In this document: piece after piece, positions 30,625 through 41,738 of the stretch
Layout: each line of letters begins with the position of its first letter
Position numbering within the stretch: the first letter of the stretch is position 1
Virus record (IMG/VR): IMGVR_UViG_3300033146_001917
Coordinates: 52,241 to 116,240 of that record
Source of the DNA: a virus
DNA length: 64,000 nt
Direction: 5' to 3' (one strand)
The notes under the pieces: generated by a model
Seen by the model: the letters and a program-made list of their open reading frames with translations, nothing else
The model's database searches: none
What the model was told of the DNA's origin: nothing
Made by a program: the position numbers and the translations under genes

Positions 30625-31109
30625 TAGATTTTCCTTTTTGAAAAGTACCAGTGAACTTTGTCTTGTTTGATATTATATTCTAAAACCAACCATTGTCCTA
30701 TTTCAGATTTGGAGATGTGAATTTTAAATGATTCTTTAAATGCATTCGTGTCCTGAGACAAAATTTTCAACATGGTACAAATATTAGATTGATATACTAT
30801 TATTATTTTATCTTTGGCCGTAATACGTCTTTCTATACGTCTAACAATACGTTCAGCATTAGATTCAGGTATGGTCACTTCAAAATCATCTGATTGCCAA
30901 TATTTTCCAAAACCTATAATTTGGATATTTTGTGCATTATGTGCAATTGATACACTTTGAATATTTTTGAGACAACCATGTGACCAACTAGCATGTTTTA
31001 ATGTAACACAGTCATCACAACCACATTCAGATGTTCCATCTCTGAATTGTTTAGTCCATCCGTTAGCTTGTCCATGTAAAACGTAATTTTTGTTCAAATT
31101 GTCTAACAC
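30624..31109 (-). CDS. hypothetical protein
   Basis: 161-aa ORF in the operon; start uncertain (47-nt overlap with upstream gene). Confidence 0.55.
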   Translation of the reverse strand: MLDNLNKNYVLHGQANGWTKQFRDGTSECGCDDCVTLKHASWSHGCLKNIQSVSIAHNAQNIQIIGFGKYWQSDDFEVTIPESNAERIVRRIERRITAKDKIIIVYQSNICTMLKILSQDTNAFKESFKIHISKSEIGQWLVLEYNIKQDKVHWYFSKRKI

Positions 31110-31593
31110 CTGTTGTCCCCGCAGTAACTGGCACTTGTATACGACATCTAAAGGTTGGCCACACAGTGCAGCTTGGTGGAATCACACCATTAGATATCAT
31201 CTTTGGTGTAGAGTTCATAGTTTTATTTAATTGTATCGGATGATCTTCATCGCCACGTATAGATCTAAATGTGTTTAATTTATTATTAACAGAAGGCCAA
31301 TCCGCCGATGGAAAATTATCTAATGCGTTCATATTGATTTGTAAACCACCGAAATCATCACTAGACGTAGCATCACCCCATGACAATACTTCAGCTAAAT
31401 CAGTTTGCGCAGTTGCGTCTCCAGAATAAGTTTCACGTTCACTTATGTAAAAAGCACAATTAGTTAAAGCATTGCTGCTATCGTGCTGAATTGATATAGT
31501 GCGAACATTGGATAATGTTCCATATGCCACATCACCGTGATTCAAATACGAAATTCCAACTGAGCTTTCTATCCAAGTGATTTGAATACTCAT
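31063..31593 (-). CDS. hypothetical virion protein
   Basis: 176 aa, beta-rich, coupled within the structural operon. Confidence 0.6.
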   Translation of the reverse strand: MSIQITWIESSVGISYLNHGDVAYGTLSNVRTISIQHDSSNALTNCAFYISERETYSGDATAQTDLAEVLSWGDATSSDDFGGLQINMNALDNFPSADWPSVNNKLNTFRSIRGDEDHPIQLNKTMNSTPKMISNGVIPPSCTVWPTFRCRIQVPVTAGTTGVRQFEQKLRFTWTS

Positions 31594-33551
31594 TATGGTA
31601 CCTCAGTTACATTAATACTATGAGCTAGAGAACTTGTATTTTGGATCCGTATCCCAGTTGTACTTATTTGAATTACTCGTACTAGATTTCCAAATGGACC
31701 TAATATTAAATCTTTTGAATTTCCTATTACTTGTTCTGGATGTGGATAGAAGATGCCTGCTTGTTCTTCTCCAGCTATCACAGTCACATAATATAATGTT
31801 CCACTATTTAGTCCAGTAAGACTATACTTATTACCTAATTCGGAGTGATTTAAAGGTGTTGTATTAGAAAGAGTCCAATACTTATTTGGATTTGTAGAGT
31901 AATATATATTGTATTTAATATTAGTAGCATATTCAATTTGATCTGCAGTTGTAAACTGCCATATATCACCTGGCACACTAGCACCTGGAGCTTTAACTGT
32001 TATTTTCCAATAATAAGTTGTGTTATTGTCTAATTTGGTTGGCCACGGAGAAGGATCGTATGTGTATTCAGTCTGTTCACCTTGGTACGTTCCTCCTGTT
32101 CCGTTAGAAACTTCTATTGCGTTTGTGCCAAAATATACATCATATGATTCGCCGTTAGGATCTGGGTCCCACGATAACTTAGTATTTGTATCAATATCGA
32201 TAGCATTGTTAATTGGACTAGGATTAGTTACCTTTTCCATATTAACTTTACATTTTAATCCAACTAGAATAGAAGCCCATGTCTCATTCCAGGTTTGTTG
32301 CATTTCGGTATGATATACATCAGCTTGTATAGCAGCATATTCCAATACATTTATTTGTTTATAAGGAGAGCAACCTCCTACACCGTATGTTATACAAGCA
32401 AAATCATTTGTAGGATTAAAGCTATAAAATGGATTATTACTATTACCATCTACATTACACACAAAGGCAACTAAAACTTCATTAGCCTGTATAGTTGGAG
32501 AGGTGTTTCCAGTAGAGATATTGACATTCGTACCTGTATTAGTTTTGGTTACATCTACAACTGCTAGTCCATTAGCAGTTAAATTATCATAAACTATAGC
32601 GGCACATGATATGTTAGTATTATTGCTTGTAGCTACAGAAATAGTGTTTCCCGCATTACGACCTACTGTACCTATCCAAGCTTCTGCTCTAATACCGCTT
32701 TCACCAGATCCAATTTCGGTATGTGTTATCTTTTCCCATGTTACACCAGTTTGGGAAACTCCTGTTATAGTTCTATTTTGGTCACAGTTTGTACCAAGAA
32801 TAATAGTTTGTTCATATTCAGGTGTTACATCTAAATTAAATGAAAAAGGTGATCCGCCGCAATGCCCAAAACTACTGTTGACACAAATACGTTTTACAGG
32901 ATTCGCACGGGCATTATTTGCTTTAAAGGTTACAAGTCCAACTGGTGATGGTCTATCTAGATAAACCTTACTGCGAGGCCAAAAAATTGGTGTTTTCCAA
33001 TTATCAAGATAAAGATTAGATCTACTAGTTCCGATTATTTGATCTACTAATTGTAAATTTTCATAAGTTTTGTTGTCGTGAATTGATGAATTATATGGAT
33101 GACCAATACCACATATTACTAGATCACCTGCTGCAGATGTTAGCTCAAAATTAGGATCAACTTTACCGTCTACCTGGTATGCGTTTGTACCATCATGAAA
33201 TCCAGATAAATCTAACGGATCAGATGAATACTGAATACCAGAGTATTCTGATATTATTACACTTGCTTCTTCTGCTGTACTGCTACGATAAACTTCAATT
33301 GAAGTCCCTGCATTGTCTGGTATGTTATAAGCATAAAAGATAGCTATAGCTATATTGTTATAATATCTATCACCAGCTCGTATCCATGTAACATTTGTTT
33401 GCCCATGTGGAGCGTCTAAATTGACACCACCTTGATAATACTGAACTACAGCAACAAGTAAGTTGTGTTCAGCTAATGGGCCTGTCCAATTGATGGTAAC
33501 AGTATCACCTGAAAACGAAGCATGCTGGGTATGTTCACGTATTATTGTCAT
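31593..33551 (-). CDS. virion protein with duplicated beta-sandwich and fibronectin-III-like domains
   Basis: two QT.VTW...Y..I....LD repeats; LSW....SYDVYFGT...YYWKI and LTGLNSGTLYYVTV FN3-like motifs; start at ATG 33551 (TAATG). Confidence 0.65.
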   Translation of the reverse strand: MTIIREHTQHASFSGDTVTINWTGPLAEHNLLVAVVQYYQGGVNLDAPHGQTNVTWIRAGDRYYNNIAIAIFYAYNIPDNAGTSIEVYRSSTAEEASVIISEYSGIQYSSDPLDLSGFHDGTNAYQVDGKVDPNFELTSAAGDLVICGIGHPYNSSIHDNKTYENLQLVDQIIGTSRSNLYLDNWKTPIFWPRSKVYLDRPSPVGLVTFKANNARANPVKRICVNSSFGHCGGSPFSFNLDVTPEYEQTIILGTNCDQNRTITGVSQTGVTWEKITHTEIGSGESGIRAEAWIGTVGRNAGNTISVATSNNTNISCAAIVYDNLTANGLAVVDVTKTNTGTNVNISTGNTSPTIQANEVLVAFVCNVDGNSNNPFYSFNPTNDFACITYGVGGCSPYKQINVLEYAAIQADVYHTEMQQTWNETWASILVGLKCKVNMEKVTNPSPINNAIDIDTNTKLSWDPDPNGESYDVYFGTNAIEVSNGTGGTYQGEQTEYTYDPSPWPTKLDNNTTYYWKITVKAPGASVPGDIWQFTTADQIEYATNIKYNIYYSTNPNKYWTLSNTTPLNHSELGNKYSLTGLNSGTLYYVTVIAGEEQAGIFYPHPEQVIGNSKDLILGPFGNLVRVIQISTTGIRIQNTSSLAHSINVTEVP

Positions 33552-35413
33552 TACACTATGCCGGTCCAATTAATAGTAATTGTACTTGAAGATTGTTCGA
33601 TATTGTCAATAGTAATATCAGTACTATATAATCGAATTAAAGCATATGTACCTAATGCGGTATGATTATTAACAATAGCCCTAATTTGCTCTGATGTAAA
33701 TGTCGTATCTTGTATAATATCTGCAGGAATTTCAACTAGATACGAAGCATTTCCTGGGTATGGGATACCATCCCATGTACTTATATCCCAGTACCAACCT
33801 ACATCTGGTTGCATCGCACGTGCAGACTTTATTTGGTTACTAATTATTCCACCACCACGAATACGAGAATCTATAGTGGTAAGATTAGGAATAGATCCAC
33901 TAGATGTTACTGTTACATCACCAAGTACTAAATAGTTACCAGTACCAGAAGTAGATAAGCTATCTGTAAATATTATAGCCGGAGTGCTAGTATCCCAGGA
34001 TGGTTGACTATCGTAATATAAAAAATTATCAGTATTATATTTCTGAGTAGAATTATTAAAGTTAGGTAGGTCAGATACTTCTACACGTCCAGCATCATTT
34101 ACTAGTAAATAAAATATTGTTTTATTTTTGTGTAGCATTTGGGTATCAGGATCAATAAAGATAACTAATCTATATTTAAGTATGTCAGGATTAATAATTG
34201 GATTTAATTCAATAGCTGTAAATTCGTAATTCACTTCCTCGAAATAATACTTGCTATTAATTTTCCATGTATCTAATAGTTCTAATCCATCAATACTTAC
34301 AAAGCCTGTTTTATTATCTATACTTCGTATTCCAATACGATCTCTATTGTTCCATATTATAAATGGTTTACCATTGGTAGCTATTACGCCATCTTGTGTA
34401 GGATCTGTAGTAAAGGCTATAATACCGTTATCGTCTGAGTCATTTATTTCTATAGAGAGAAAGAGATCCGCGTAGAAATTTTTTCTATCTAACTTGATAA
34501 GATTCGAAGATATCATTAGTGATACTTCTTCAGAGTATTTATATGGATACACAGGAGAAAATGATTGAGAAAGAAACTCCGCCAAATAATATTTATATAG
34601 AGTACTGTTTACATGTGTCAAAAATGACCCATTAGATATATTAACATGCCAACTATCTTCTACTTCGTTTGTAGCTGATGGTAGAATTGCGATACGTCTG
34701 TCGGCTGTAGCCTTGTAACTATATGTATTACTAATTGGTAATTCAATTAGATATACATTACTAGATTCAGAGATAAGGTATACTTTTCTTCCATCTGTTT
34801 TTATATGAAGTGTAGAGTCAAGATCTGAGAACTGGGCAACTTGGTATGTATTGATATTGTTTAATAAATCTATATAAGTGTTTACTTCATTTGATACATC
34901 TCGTACAACATATTTAATATAATAGACAGCCCAATCATCTTGGGAATATGAAGATATGAGATTGTTGTAAACAATCCCCTTTTCATAATCTATTTTTATA
35001 TCTGTAGGATTAATTTTAGTTTGATTTTTATCCAACACTTCGACTTGTACTAATCTAATTCCGGTAGATATATTTCCAGATGAATCTCTATCTAAATTTA
35101 ATATATGTTTAGAGAATAAAGGTAACGGTGGAATTGTTGCAGTTGAGTTACAATATATATCTGTTATAGCTAGATTAGATGTTTTACTAGTAAATGTTTT
35201 TGTATTAGATATAACAGTGTATTCATGTTGCACTACTCTATTAGCAGCTAAAGAAGAAGCGCGATCCGCCACAGAAATATTTTTTTCTGCGGAGAGTCCT
35301 TCGTTCCCTACATATAAAATATTAACATCTCCATTAGATATACTATTTTTATATCTAATGTTTTCTCTACGTTTAATTATGTTAATAAATGTATCTATAT
35401 TGTAGGTAACCAT
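33551..35413 (-). CDS. virion structural protein
   Basis: 620 aa; C-terminal IDSRIRGGG...YWDI..WDG.PYPG motif; starts MVTYNIDT. Confidence 0.65.
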   Translation of the reverse strand: MVTYNIDTFINIIKRRENIRYKNSISNGDVNILYVGNEGLSAEKNISVADRASSLAANRVVQHEYTVISNTKTFTSKTSNLAITDIYCNSTATIPPLPLFSKHILNLDRDSSGNISTGIRLVQVEVLDKNQTKINPTDIKIDYEKGIVYNNLISSYSQDDWAVYYIKYVVRDVSNEVNTYIDLLNNINTYQVAQFSDLDSTLHIKTDGRKVYLISESSNVYLIELPISNTYSYKATADRRIAILPSATNEVEDSWHVNISNGSFLTHVNSTLYKYYLAEFLSQSFSPVYPYKYSEEVSLMISSNLIKLDRKNFYADLFLSIEINDSDDNGIIAFTTDPTQDGVIATNGKPFIIWNNRDRIGIRSIDNKTGFVSIDGLELLDTWKINSKYYFEEVNYEFTAIELNPIINPDILKYRLVIFIDPDTQMLHKNKTIFYLLVNDAGRVEVSDLPNFNNSTQKYNTDNFLYYDSQPSWDTSTPAIIFTDSLSTSGTGNYLVLGDVTVTSSGSIPNLTTIDSRIRGGGIISNQIKSARAMQPDVGWYWDISTWDGIPYPGNASYLVEIPADIIQDTTFTSEQIRAIVNNHTALGTYALIRLYSTDITIDNIEQSSSTITINWTGIV

Positions 35414-38400
35414 TAGGAAATATCCACAACAAAGTTATATAGCTTGTAATCTATGCCACTATTTTGACTTTGTACAGTTACGTATAATTCTTGGTCAGAA
35501 GCTGTATTCACTCCAGCTGTAGCTGCTCCTTCGTTATGAACACCAACTAAATTATAAGTAGTACCATCTCTGGTAGTAGCTGTTCCTATTACATAAAAGG
35601 AAGGGCTCGCTCCAATAGCCCTGGTTGTAATAAAGAAATCTACAATTAAATCTCCTATATTAGCTGATGCACTAGAGTATGTATCTTGTGATAACAATAT
35701 TGATGTTCCACTTGTATTTCCGTAATGTATCCCAATAATAAAATTAGAAACAGAAGCAGTTGATTTGTGTACACCAGCACGTATTCGTATGACGCTACCT
35801 ACTTGCAGTGTGTTACCTTTAACAGTATATTTTTTATTAAAAGCGTCTGCTGCACTAGCCCCATCCCATCCATGTTCAGTGTCTGATGTTGCAATTTGTG
35901 TGTACACATTTTCAACTACTTTGTTCCAGTTAGTTCCATCAGCTACTGATAATCTTCCAGTGTCATCATTGACATATAGGGCACCTTTGTCTTCATTTGT
36001 AGGATCTGCGTTTTGTGGATCTAATAAAAGTGCTGCATATGCTGGACTACTTGGGTCTCCTTGTGCTTCTACTCCGTATTTTTGTGTAGAATATCCATAT
36101 ACACCATTACCACCATTAGTATTTGCTCCATATACTCCTGCATAACTACTACTAGTGCTAGTGCCTTTTACACCATGTCTAGCACCTGTACCAACCACTC
36201 CATAATCATTTGTAGATATACCCTCTACTCCAGGACTATCTGCTGATGTTCCATAAATTCCTGCATGTGCATTACTAGATGTAGTTCCACATATACCATA
36301 ATTAGAAGTAGCGTTACCGTAAACAGCGCAATTATCTCCTGAAGTGGCATATATACCGTAACCATCTTGTCCTGCTCCAGTACCGTCACCACCTATAGCA
36401 TAAATACCGTTACCACCGTCTACGTCAGAACTGCCACCTGATATACGAGTTCCACCTATAGCATAGATACCATTTCCTGCCGTATCGTCATCAGTATCTC
36501 CACCTGTAGAATACAATCCGATTCCACCTTCGTGTCCGTTAGAATCCCCACCTTCTGCTTTGATACCTGTACCTGCATTTGTACTAGTATCATCATGGCC
36601 TTTACCATAGATTCCATAGCTAGAAGTATGATTGGTTGTGCCATATATTCCAGAATTATGTGTAGCATATCCATACAAACCGTAACCATATCCAGACTGA
36701 CCGTATACCCCATTATTTAGTACAGATACACCATGTACTCCAATGCCATCTATTGCGCTTCCACCGCCTGGAGTTTGTCCACCTACAGCATATAATCCAG
36801 TACCACCATTGTAATCTCCAGCTGTACATTCTCCTCCAGATGCGCGAATACCTATTCCACCTATGTTGTTGCTAGAGTCTCCACCTGCAGATATTAAACC
36901 AATTCCACCTACTTGATTTGTTCCAGCCCCACCTTCTGCTTTGATACCTGTGCCTGCAGTAGATGCACTTGATCCCATTCCTTTTCCATATACGCCATAA
37001 TAAGATACAGAATGTGTAGCACCATAAACTCCAGAATTAGAAATAGCGAATCCATAAACTCCATTATTAGAATCCGAATATCCACGTACGCCATATCCAA
37101 GATTACTGTATCCGTAGATACCTGCACCATCACCATCTGCCTGTGCATATAAACCATGCCAATCTGTTCCAGATTTAGCTATTGCTCGTATGCCTGTACT
37201 GCTATCACAATATATTTGTGACCCATCTAGGTTACCAAAGTAAATAGACATACTATTATCAGGACAATTACCATCTAAAAAATTATGATTAAGAGAAGTA
37301 TCTTCATTAGCTAGAAGCAAATGTCCTAACATTGCATTATTATATGGATCTCTAGTTGTACCTGATGATTGTGCTCCTGCTCTACTTAGTAAAGAAGTGT
37401 GTATATCATTATCCCAATTGGATGTACGCCACGGTGGAAGATAGGACGGATCAGATAATTCAGGATTTGTATCAGTTAATTCATTGTGGCTAATAGTTGT
37501 CTCAAATAATGTATTCTTATGAGAGTGTTGATAAAAAGCATTAGAAAGAGACCATATACTACGTGTTAGTGATGTTCCTACTACTATTAAAGCTAGATCA
37601 GTGTTATAACTTGATTCAGATTCATCAGCAGTTGGAACAAATGTGTATGAGCTAGACTCTACTTTAAGGATCCATGAATCTGATGTCTTAGTAAATATTA
37701 CATTTTCTATAATTGTTTTATTAGCCTTATCCCATAGATATATTGTTCCTTTTGGTATTTCAGTTCCAGCAGAAATATTCTCTAATTCAATAGGTAATCT
37801 GTATCTGTAATGAGAGTGTTCAATTGCGTTTACAGTGTCATCTTGAAAGAATTTATACGGAGCACTTGATACGCTTGTCTTATTGGCATCGTATTCATCT
37901 CCAGTTGTTGGAGGATAATGAGAAGGCTGATCCCCCGCCGAAAAAGAAAGTTTAGCTCTGGGTGGAAGGTGAACAAAATAATCAGATCCTGTCTGACTAA
38001 TACGAACACCTGAGAATTTAGATTGACGTGAATCTGGAATTACGCCTGGCCTAATCTCGTCTTGAATAGGCCAGCTATCTGGATCGACCTCATAAGTCAG
38101 AGTATCAGCAGACGTAAGTGGTATAATTGTACGGAATCTTCCTGTAGTAAGATCAACCCAGTAATCACCTGCTCCTGATATGCTGTATTCATCAACATAT
38201 CGAGTTACAAATGCAGGTCCAGTATGCCCACTAGGAGGATCTACTAATTTAGAAAACAATAAATGACCATTAGTTTTACCAGCAAATTTAGTACCTAGAT
38301 ATTCTTTGTATTCAAATTCATTTGTTGGTTTCCAAAGAGCTGGATTAAGATACTTAGATTCACCAACCATACGAGCTATATTGGGAATTTGGAGAGGATA

Positions 38401-38574
38401 ATTAAGTAGACTTGTATCTCCACCTTGAGACCATACATCACCTACCGCTCTTTCTATGATATCAGAACCGTTTCGTGCCTGTTCTGAAATAGCATTTAAT
38501 TTTTGGGCGGTGGGTTGCTCACCATCTGCATATGTAATACGTAATGGATATGTTTTTCTAAGTTTATCAGTCAT
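35413..38574 (-). CDS. Gly-rich tail fibre / appendage protein
   Basis: 1053 aa with more than 30 G[VI]YG / G.G..A.GG repeats suggesting a beta-helix. Confidence 0.7.
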   Translation of the reverse strand: MTDKLRKTYPLRITYADGEQPTAQKLNAISEQARNGSDIIERAVGDVWSQGGDTSLLNYPLQIPNIARMVGESKYLNPALWKPTNEFEYKEYLGTKFAGKTNGHLLFSKLVDPPSGHTGPAFVTRYVDEYSISGAGDYWVDLTTGRFRTIIPLTSADTLTYEVDPDSWPIQDEIRPGVIPDSRQSKFSGVRISQTGSDYFVHLPPRAKLSFSAGDQPSHYPPTTGDEYDANKTSVSSAPYKFFQDDTVNAIEHSHYRYRLPIELENISAGTEIPKGTIYLWDKANKTIIENVIFTKTSDSWILKVESSSYTFVPTADESESSYNTDLALIVVGTSLTRSIWSLSNAFYQHSHKNTLFETTISHNELTDTNPELSDPSYLPPWRTSNWDNDIHTSLLSRAGAQSSGTTRDPYNNAMLGHLLLANEDTSLNHNFLDGNCPDNSMSIYFGNLDGSQIYCDSSTGIRAIAKSGTDWHGLYAQADGDGAGIYGYSNLGYGVRGYSDSNNGVYGFAISNSGVYGATHSVSYYGVYGKGMGSSASTAGTGIKAEGGAGTNQVGGIGLISAGGDSSNNIGGIGIRASGGECTAGDYNGGTGLYAVGGQTPGGGSAIDGIGVHGVSVLNNGVYGQSGYGYGLYGYATHNSGIYGTTNHTSSYGIYGKGHDDTSTNAGTGIKAEGGDSNGHEGGIGLYSTGGDTDDDTAGNGIYAIGGTRISGGSSDVDGGNGIYAIGGDGTGAGQDGYGIYATSGDNCAVYGNATSNYGICGTTSSNAHAGIYGTSADSPGVEGISTNDYGVVGTGARHGVKGTSTSSSYAGVYGANTNGGNGVYGYSTQKYGVEAQGDPSSPAYAALLLDPQNADPTNEDKGALYVNDDTGRLSVADGTNWNKVVENVYTQIATSDTEHGWDGASAADAFNKKYTVKGNTLQVGSVIRIRAGVHKSTASVSNFIIGIHYGNTSGTSILLSQDTYSSASANIGDLIVDFFITTRAIGASPSFYVIGTATTRDGTTYNLVGVHNEGAATAGVNTASDQELYVTVQSQNSGIDYKLYNFVVDIS
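36546..36951. repeat. internal duplication (25-nt exact core CCCCACCTTCTGCTTTGATACCTGT, 381 nt apart)
   Basis: copies at 36546-36570 and 36927-36951, both encoding TGIKAEGG. Confidence 0.8.
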
Positions 38575-38576
38575 TG

Positions 38577-40880
38577 TTATCCTCCAAAATAACCAGATGG
38601 GAGATTATCGTTCAAGTCAACAAAAGTTATTTGATCTAATATTGACGCTAGAGTAATGGTACTACTTTTCAATCTAAATCCTAGAGGTATTTCTCCAGGA
38701 ACTGCAGTTGGATCTACAGATACTGAGGTAGGCCCTAGTCCATCTTGTAGAAGACCAATTGTGTCTCCACGTCTAGTACGTTTATACCAGTCTTTATATA
38801 GTTCATCCCTATAGTGCTCATCTAGGTATAGTGAATAGTTGTCAGCGATCCCAGATGTGGCATTTATAGTAATATCACTAAGTGTAGATATATTTTGTGG
38901 AGCAAATAAGAGTCCAGACGGAATAGATGCTAACTCCTCCGCAAAAAAAGTTCCATTCATTGTATTTGGAACTAAAATACTTAATTGAATGGTATTAGAA
39001 TACAGTTTCTTTCCTGTACGTGAATTAGTAACATATGCCCTGATGCGAGTTTGTGAATCTCCAACAACTAGATATGATTTGGTAGTACCTGCACCTGGTG
39101 ATTCTAGTACAGTAGAATAAGTTAACTTTAATTTAGGGCTAGATACTGTTCCTATATCTAGCATACTGTTTGGATAAATAGGACCTAAATTATATGGTGA
39201 ACTTGCTTCCTGTGTTCCACTATGTGGATCTATTACTTCTGAACGAGTATTGGTGAAGACAATTGTTTTCTTACCTGTAGATATGTCACCAGAAGAATAT
39301 GTAGAAGGCACTCCTAGATCATTAATCAATCTATGGTTAGGTTCCCATGGTGGATTACCTGTATAACCAGAAATAGTTTGGTCAGTAATCCAATCTGAAT
39401 AATATGTAGTTAGTTCGGAATTAGGTATACCTAAAGTTATATCATTATTATGTACCTTATATAGATAGAGCCCACTAACAGATACAGGAAGCAATAGATT
39501 ATTTACAATCACTTCCGTATCCGTTCCTGATACAGTTATGTCTGTAGAATATGATTGTATCTCATCAACTGTTACTGGAGGAAGGTATATTGTAGTAGCT
39601 CTACCATTCGTATATGTAGTGCTAGTAGCTATACTACTTCTATTTAAATATCCTATTATAGGAGACAATAGTTCAAATGTAACTTGTTCACCTTCTAATG
39701 CTACACCTTCTTTATTTTTTACTTCGGCTGTTAGCTTTCCTGTATTATTCCCCATATATATTAAATAGGAGGAACTAGAGAGAGGAAGATCCGCCGATAA
39801 AGAAATACTAGCTGGTTCTTGAGGCGATGTAGATAATGTAACAAACCCTCTATTAATGATTGATTTAATTGGATTTAAATTAGCTGTTCTTGCCAAGACA
39901 TAATCTCGTGTATTTTGTGGTTCATAAAATACACCAATTCCTTTACGATAATAAATTGCTACATTATGACCAGGACCAGGAACAGCGTGTGTACTTGTTC
40001 GTTCTCCAAATTGAAGTAATCCCATATCCCTATCTACTTGAACTTCATATCCAGACACACTAAATGACGTATCTGGAGACAAGACATTCCAAGATTGTAA
40101 ACTGGTAGAATTAGAATAAGTGTATATTTCTACTTCAGACAAATCTAAAGGAGTATCAATAGGTGAAAACTGTGTATGAAAAAATTGCCAATCTGTGCCA
40201 TCTCCATACCCTACATGTTCTAAGCCAGATACTTCTGCTGAAGATGGGTTAGAAATTCCTATTGTTTCACTGTAATCTCCATCTAATTCAATATGACGTG
40301 ATGTAAGAATGAATTCTGCACTATCTGGTGTAGTTGAAAACTCCACTCGTTTGCGTGCATCAAATGACACTTTGTGTCTACCTATGCTTCGGTCATATTC
40401 ATATTGTCTAACTAAAACAGGAATACCCATCTTGGGTGTATAAGTTAGATCCAAGACTTGATGACCAGATACTAATCCAGAATGCGTTAAATACTCAGTT
40501 TGGTAATCATCACTAAATAAATAACGCTCCTCCTCGTGTATGTAAAAAAAGCCATGATTAATATTAGGAGCCCATATTGTAGGATCATCTAGATACATAG
40601 CATCAATACTATTTGTAAACAGATCTAAGTTATCTCCATATCCTGATCGAAAGTATGACGAGTCTAAACCTGATACGGATGCGTCCCAAAGAGTTGGAGC
40701 ATTACTAGAACCTTTAAATTCGTTGTCTCGCGTCCAGTGGCGTATATCCCATTGCCAACCTGCTATTTTTTTTCCTGTGGCGGGATGCTCTTCTGTTGCA
40801 TATTTAGATCTAGAACCTATTATTCTATAATCAGAACTATTAGTAATTAATAGAACAGTATCTATATTATAGGTGACCAT
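38577..40880 (-). CDS. virion structural protein with Ig-like (Big_1-like) domain
   Basis: LTAEVKNKEG.ALEGEQVTF...T.TNGRAT; G.GDG...Q.F and D...G...FG wedge-type motifs; starts MVTYNIDT. Confidence 0.65.
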   Translation of the reverse strand: MVTYNIDTVLLITNSSDYRIIGSRSKYATEEHPATGKKIAGWQWDIRHWTRDNEFKGSSNAPTLWDASVSGLDSSYFRSGYGDNLDLFTNSIDAMYLDDPTIWAPNINHGFFYIHEEERYLFSDDYQTEYLTHSGLVSGHQVLDLTYTPKMGIPVLVRQYEYDRSIGRHKVSFDARKRVEFSTTPDSAEFILTSRHIELDGDYSETIGISNPSSAEVSGLEHVGYGDGTDWQFFHTQFSPIDTPLDLSEVEIYTYSNSTSLQSWNVLSPDTSFSVSGYEVQVDRDMGLLQFGERTSTHAVPGPGHNVAIYYRKGIGVFYEPQNTRDYVLARTANLNPIKSIINRGFVTLSTSPQEPASISLSADLPLSSSSYLIYMGNNTGKLTAEVKNKEGVALEGEQVTFELLSPIIGYLNRSSIATSTTYTNGRATTIYLPPVTVDEIQSYSTDITVSGTDTEVIVNNLLLPVSVSGLYLYKVHNNDITLGIPNSELTTYYSDWITDQTISGYTGNPPWEPNHRLINDLGVPSTYSSGDISTGKKTIVFTNTRSEVIDPHSGTQEASSPYNLGPIYPNSMLDIGTVSSPKLKLTYSTVLESPGAGTTKSYLVVGDSQTRIRAYVTNSRTGKKLYSNTIQLSILVPNTMNGTFFAEELASIPSGLLFAPQNISTLSDITINATSGIADNYSLYLDEHYRDELYKDWYKRTRRGDTIGLLQDGLGPTSVSVDPTAVPGEIPLGFRLKSSTITLASILDQITFVDLNDNLPSGYFGG

Positions 40881-41738
40881 TTATATACCCCAATTACTAG
40901 GGAATACTGAAAGCAACTCATTGATTATAGATGCCCCTAAATCAGTAGGCCTGCCTAGTGTTTCAGAATCTATGACTTCAAACATTTTAGTGCGAAAGTC
41001 AGCAGACTGAAGATTATGAATAATAATAGGACTATTCCAAACATCAAAAGATGTACCTAGATAAGAGTAAGATATGTATGAATTTATACTTGGAATAGTT
41101 AATGTTGAGATAGTCCCAGTTGTGATGTCGATATAGTATTGATTTGAAGCAATAAGATTTGCAAGAGAAAATACTCGTTCAGTTAGATTATCAGATATAA
41201 GAGAAATAGTATCATCTATTAAGTTTTCGTTTTCTAGTTTAATTGTTGATCCTCGACCTTCAATATTTTCTGCGGGGACTCCTTCTACTGATGACTGATT
41301 GTAAATAGTCATTGATCTTTTACTCGTATCTATTCCACTTGCTACTACTGCTAAAAAATTACCATCAGCATTTATGGTAGAAATAAGTTCAGCAATGGTA
41401 AATGATCCACCATCCCTGTCGTATCTATCAATAGTAAGGATTTTAGTATTAGGAAAATCAGAATATAAAATACATTTGGTTTCTGAGAAAATAATTACTG
41501 GAGCCGTCATTACAGATACTGGAGAAATAGTAATTACCTTAGATAAGGTTAATCCTAGTTCACGAGTAATTCCATTAATCAATCCCCTGTAAGTAGAGTT
41601 AGCCCGATCAATATACGTATTTAATAATCGTTTTTTGTAATCCTTGTTTCGTTCATTAGGTAATCGAGGAAGACCAATTAGTAATCCTTGCTTATCAAAT
41701 TCATTATATACTTGATGAGGCTCTAAATCGTAAGTCAT
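40881..41738 (-). CDS. baseplate wedge protein (tail protein I-like N-terminus)
   Basis: FDKQGLLIGLPRLPNERNKDYKKRL....ANST..GL. Confidence 0.6.
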   Translation of the reverse strand: MTYDLEPHQVYNEFDKQGLLIGLPRLPNERNKDYKKRLLNTYIDRANSTYRGLINGITRELGLTLSKVITISPVSVMTAPVIIFSETKCILYSDFPNTKILTIDRYDRDGGSFTIAELISTINADGNFLAVVASGIDTSKRSMTIYNQSSVEGVPAENIEGRGSTIKLENENLIDDTISLISDNLTERVFSLANLIASNQYYIDITTGTISTLTIPSINSYISYSYLGTSFDVWNSPIIIHNLQSADFRTKMFEVIDSETLGRPTDLGASIINELLSVFPSNWGI

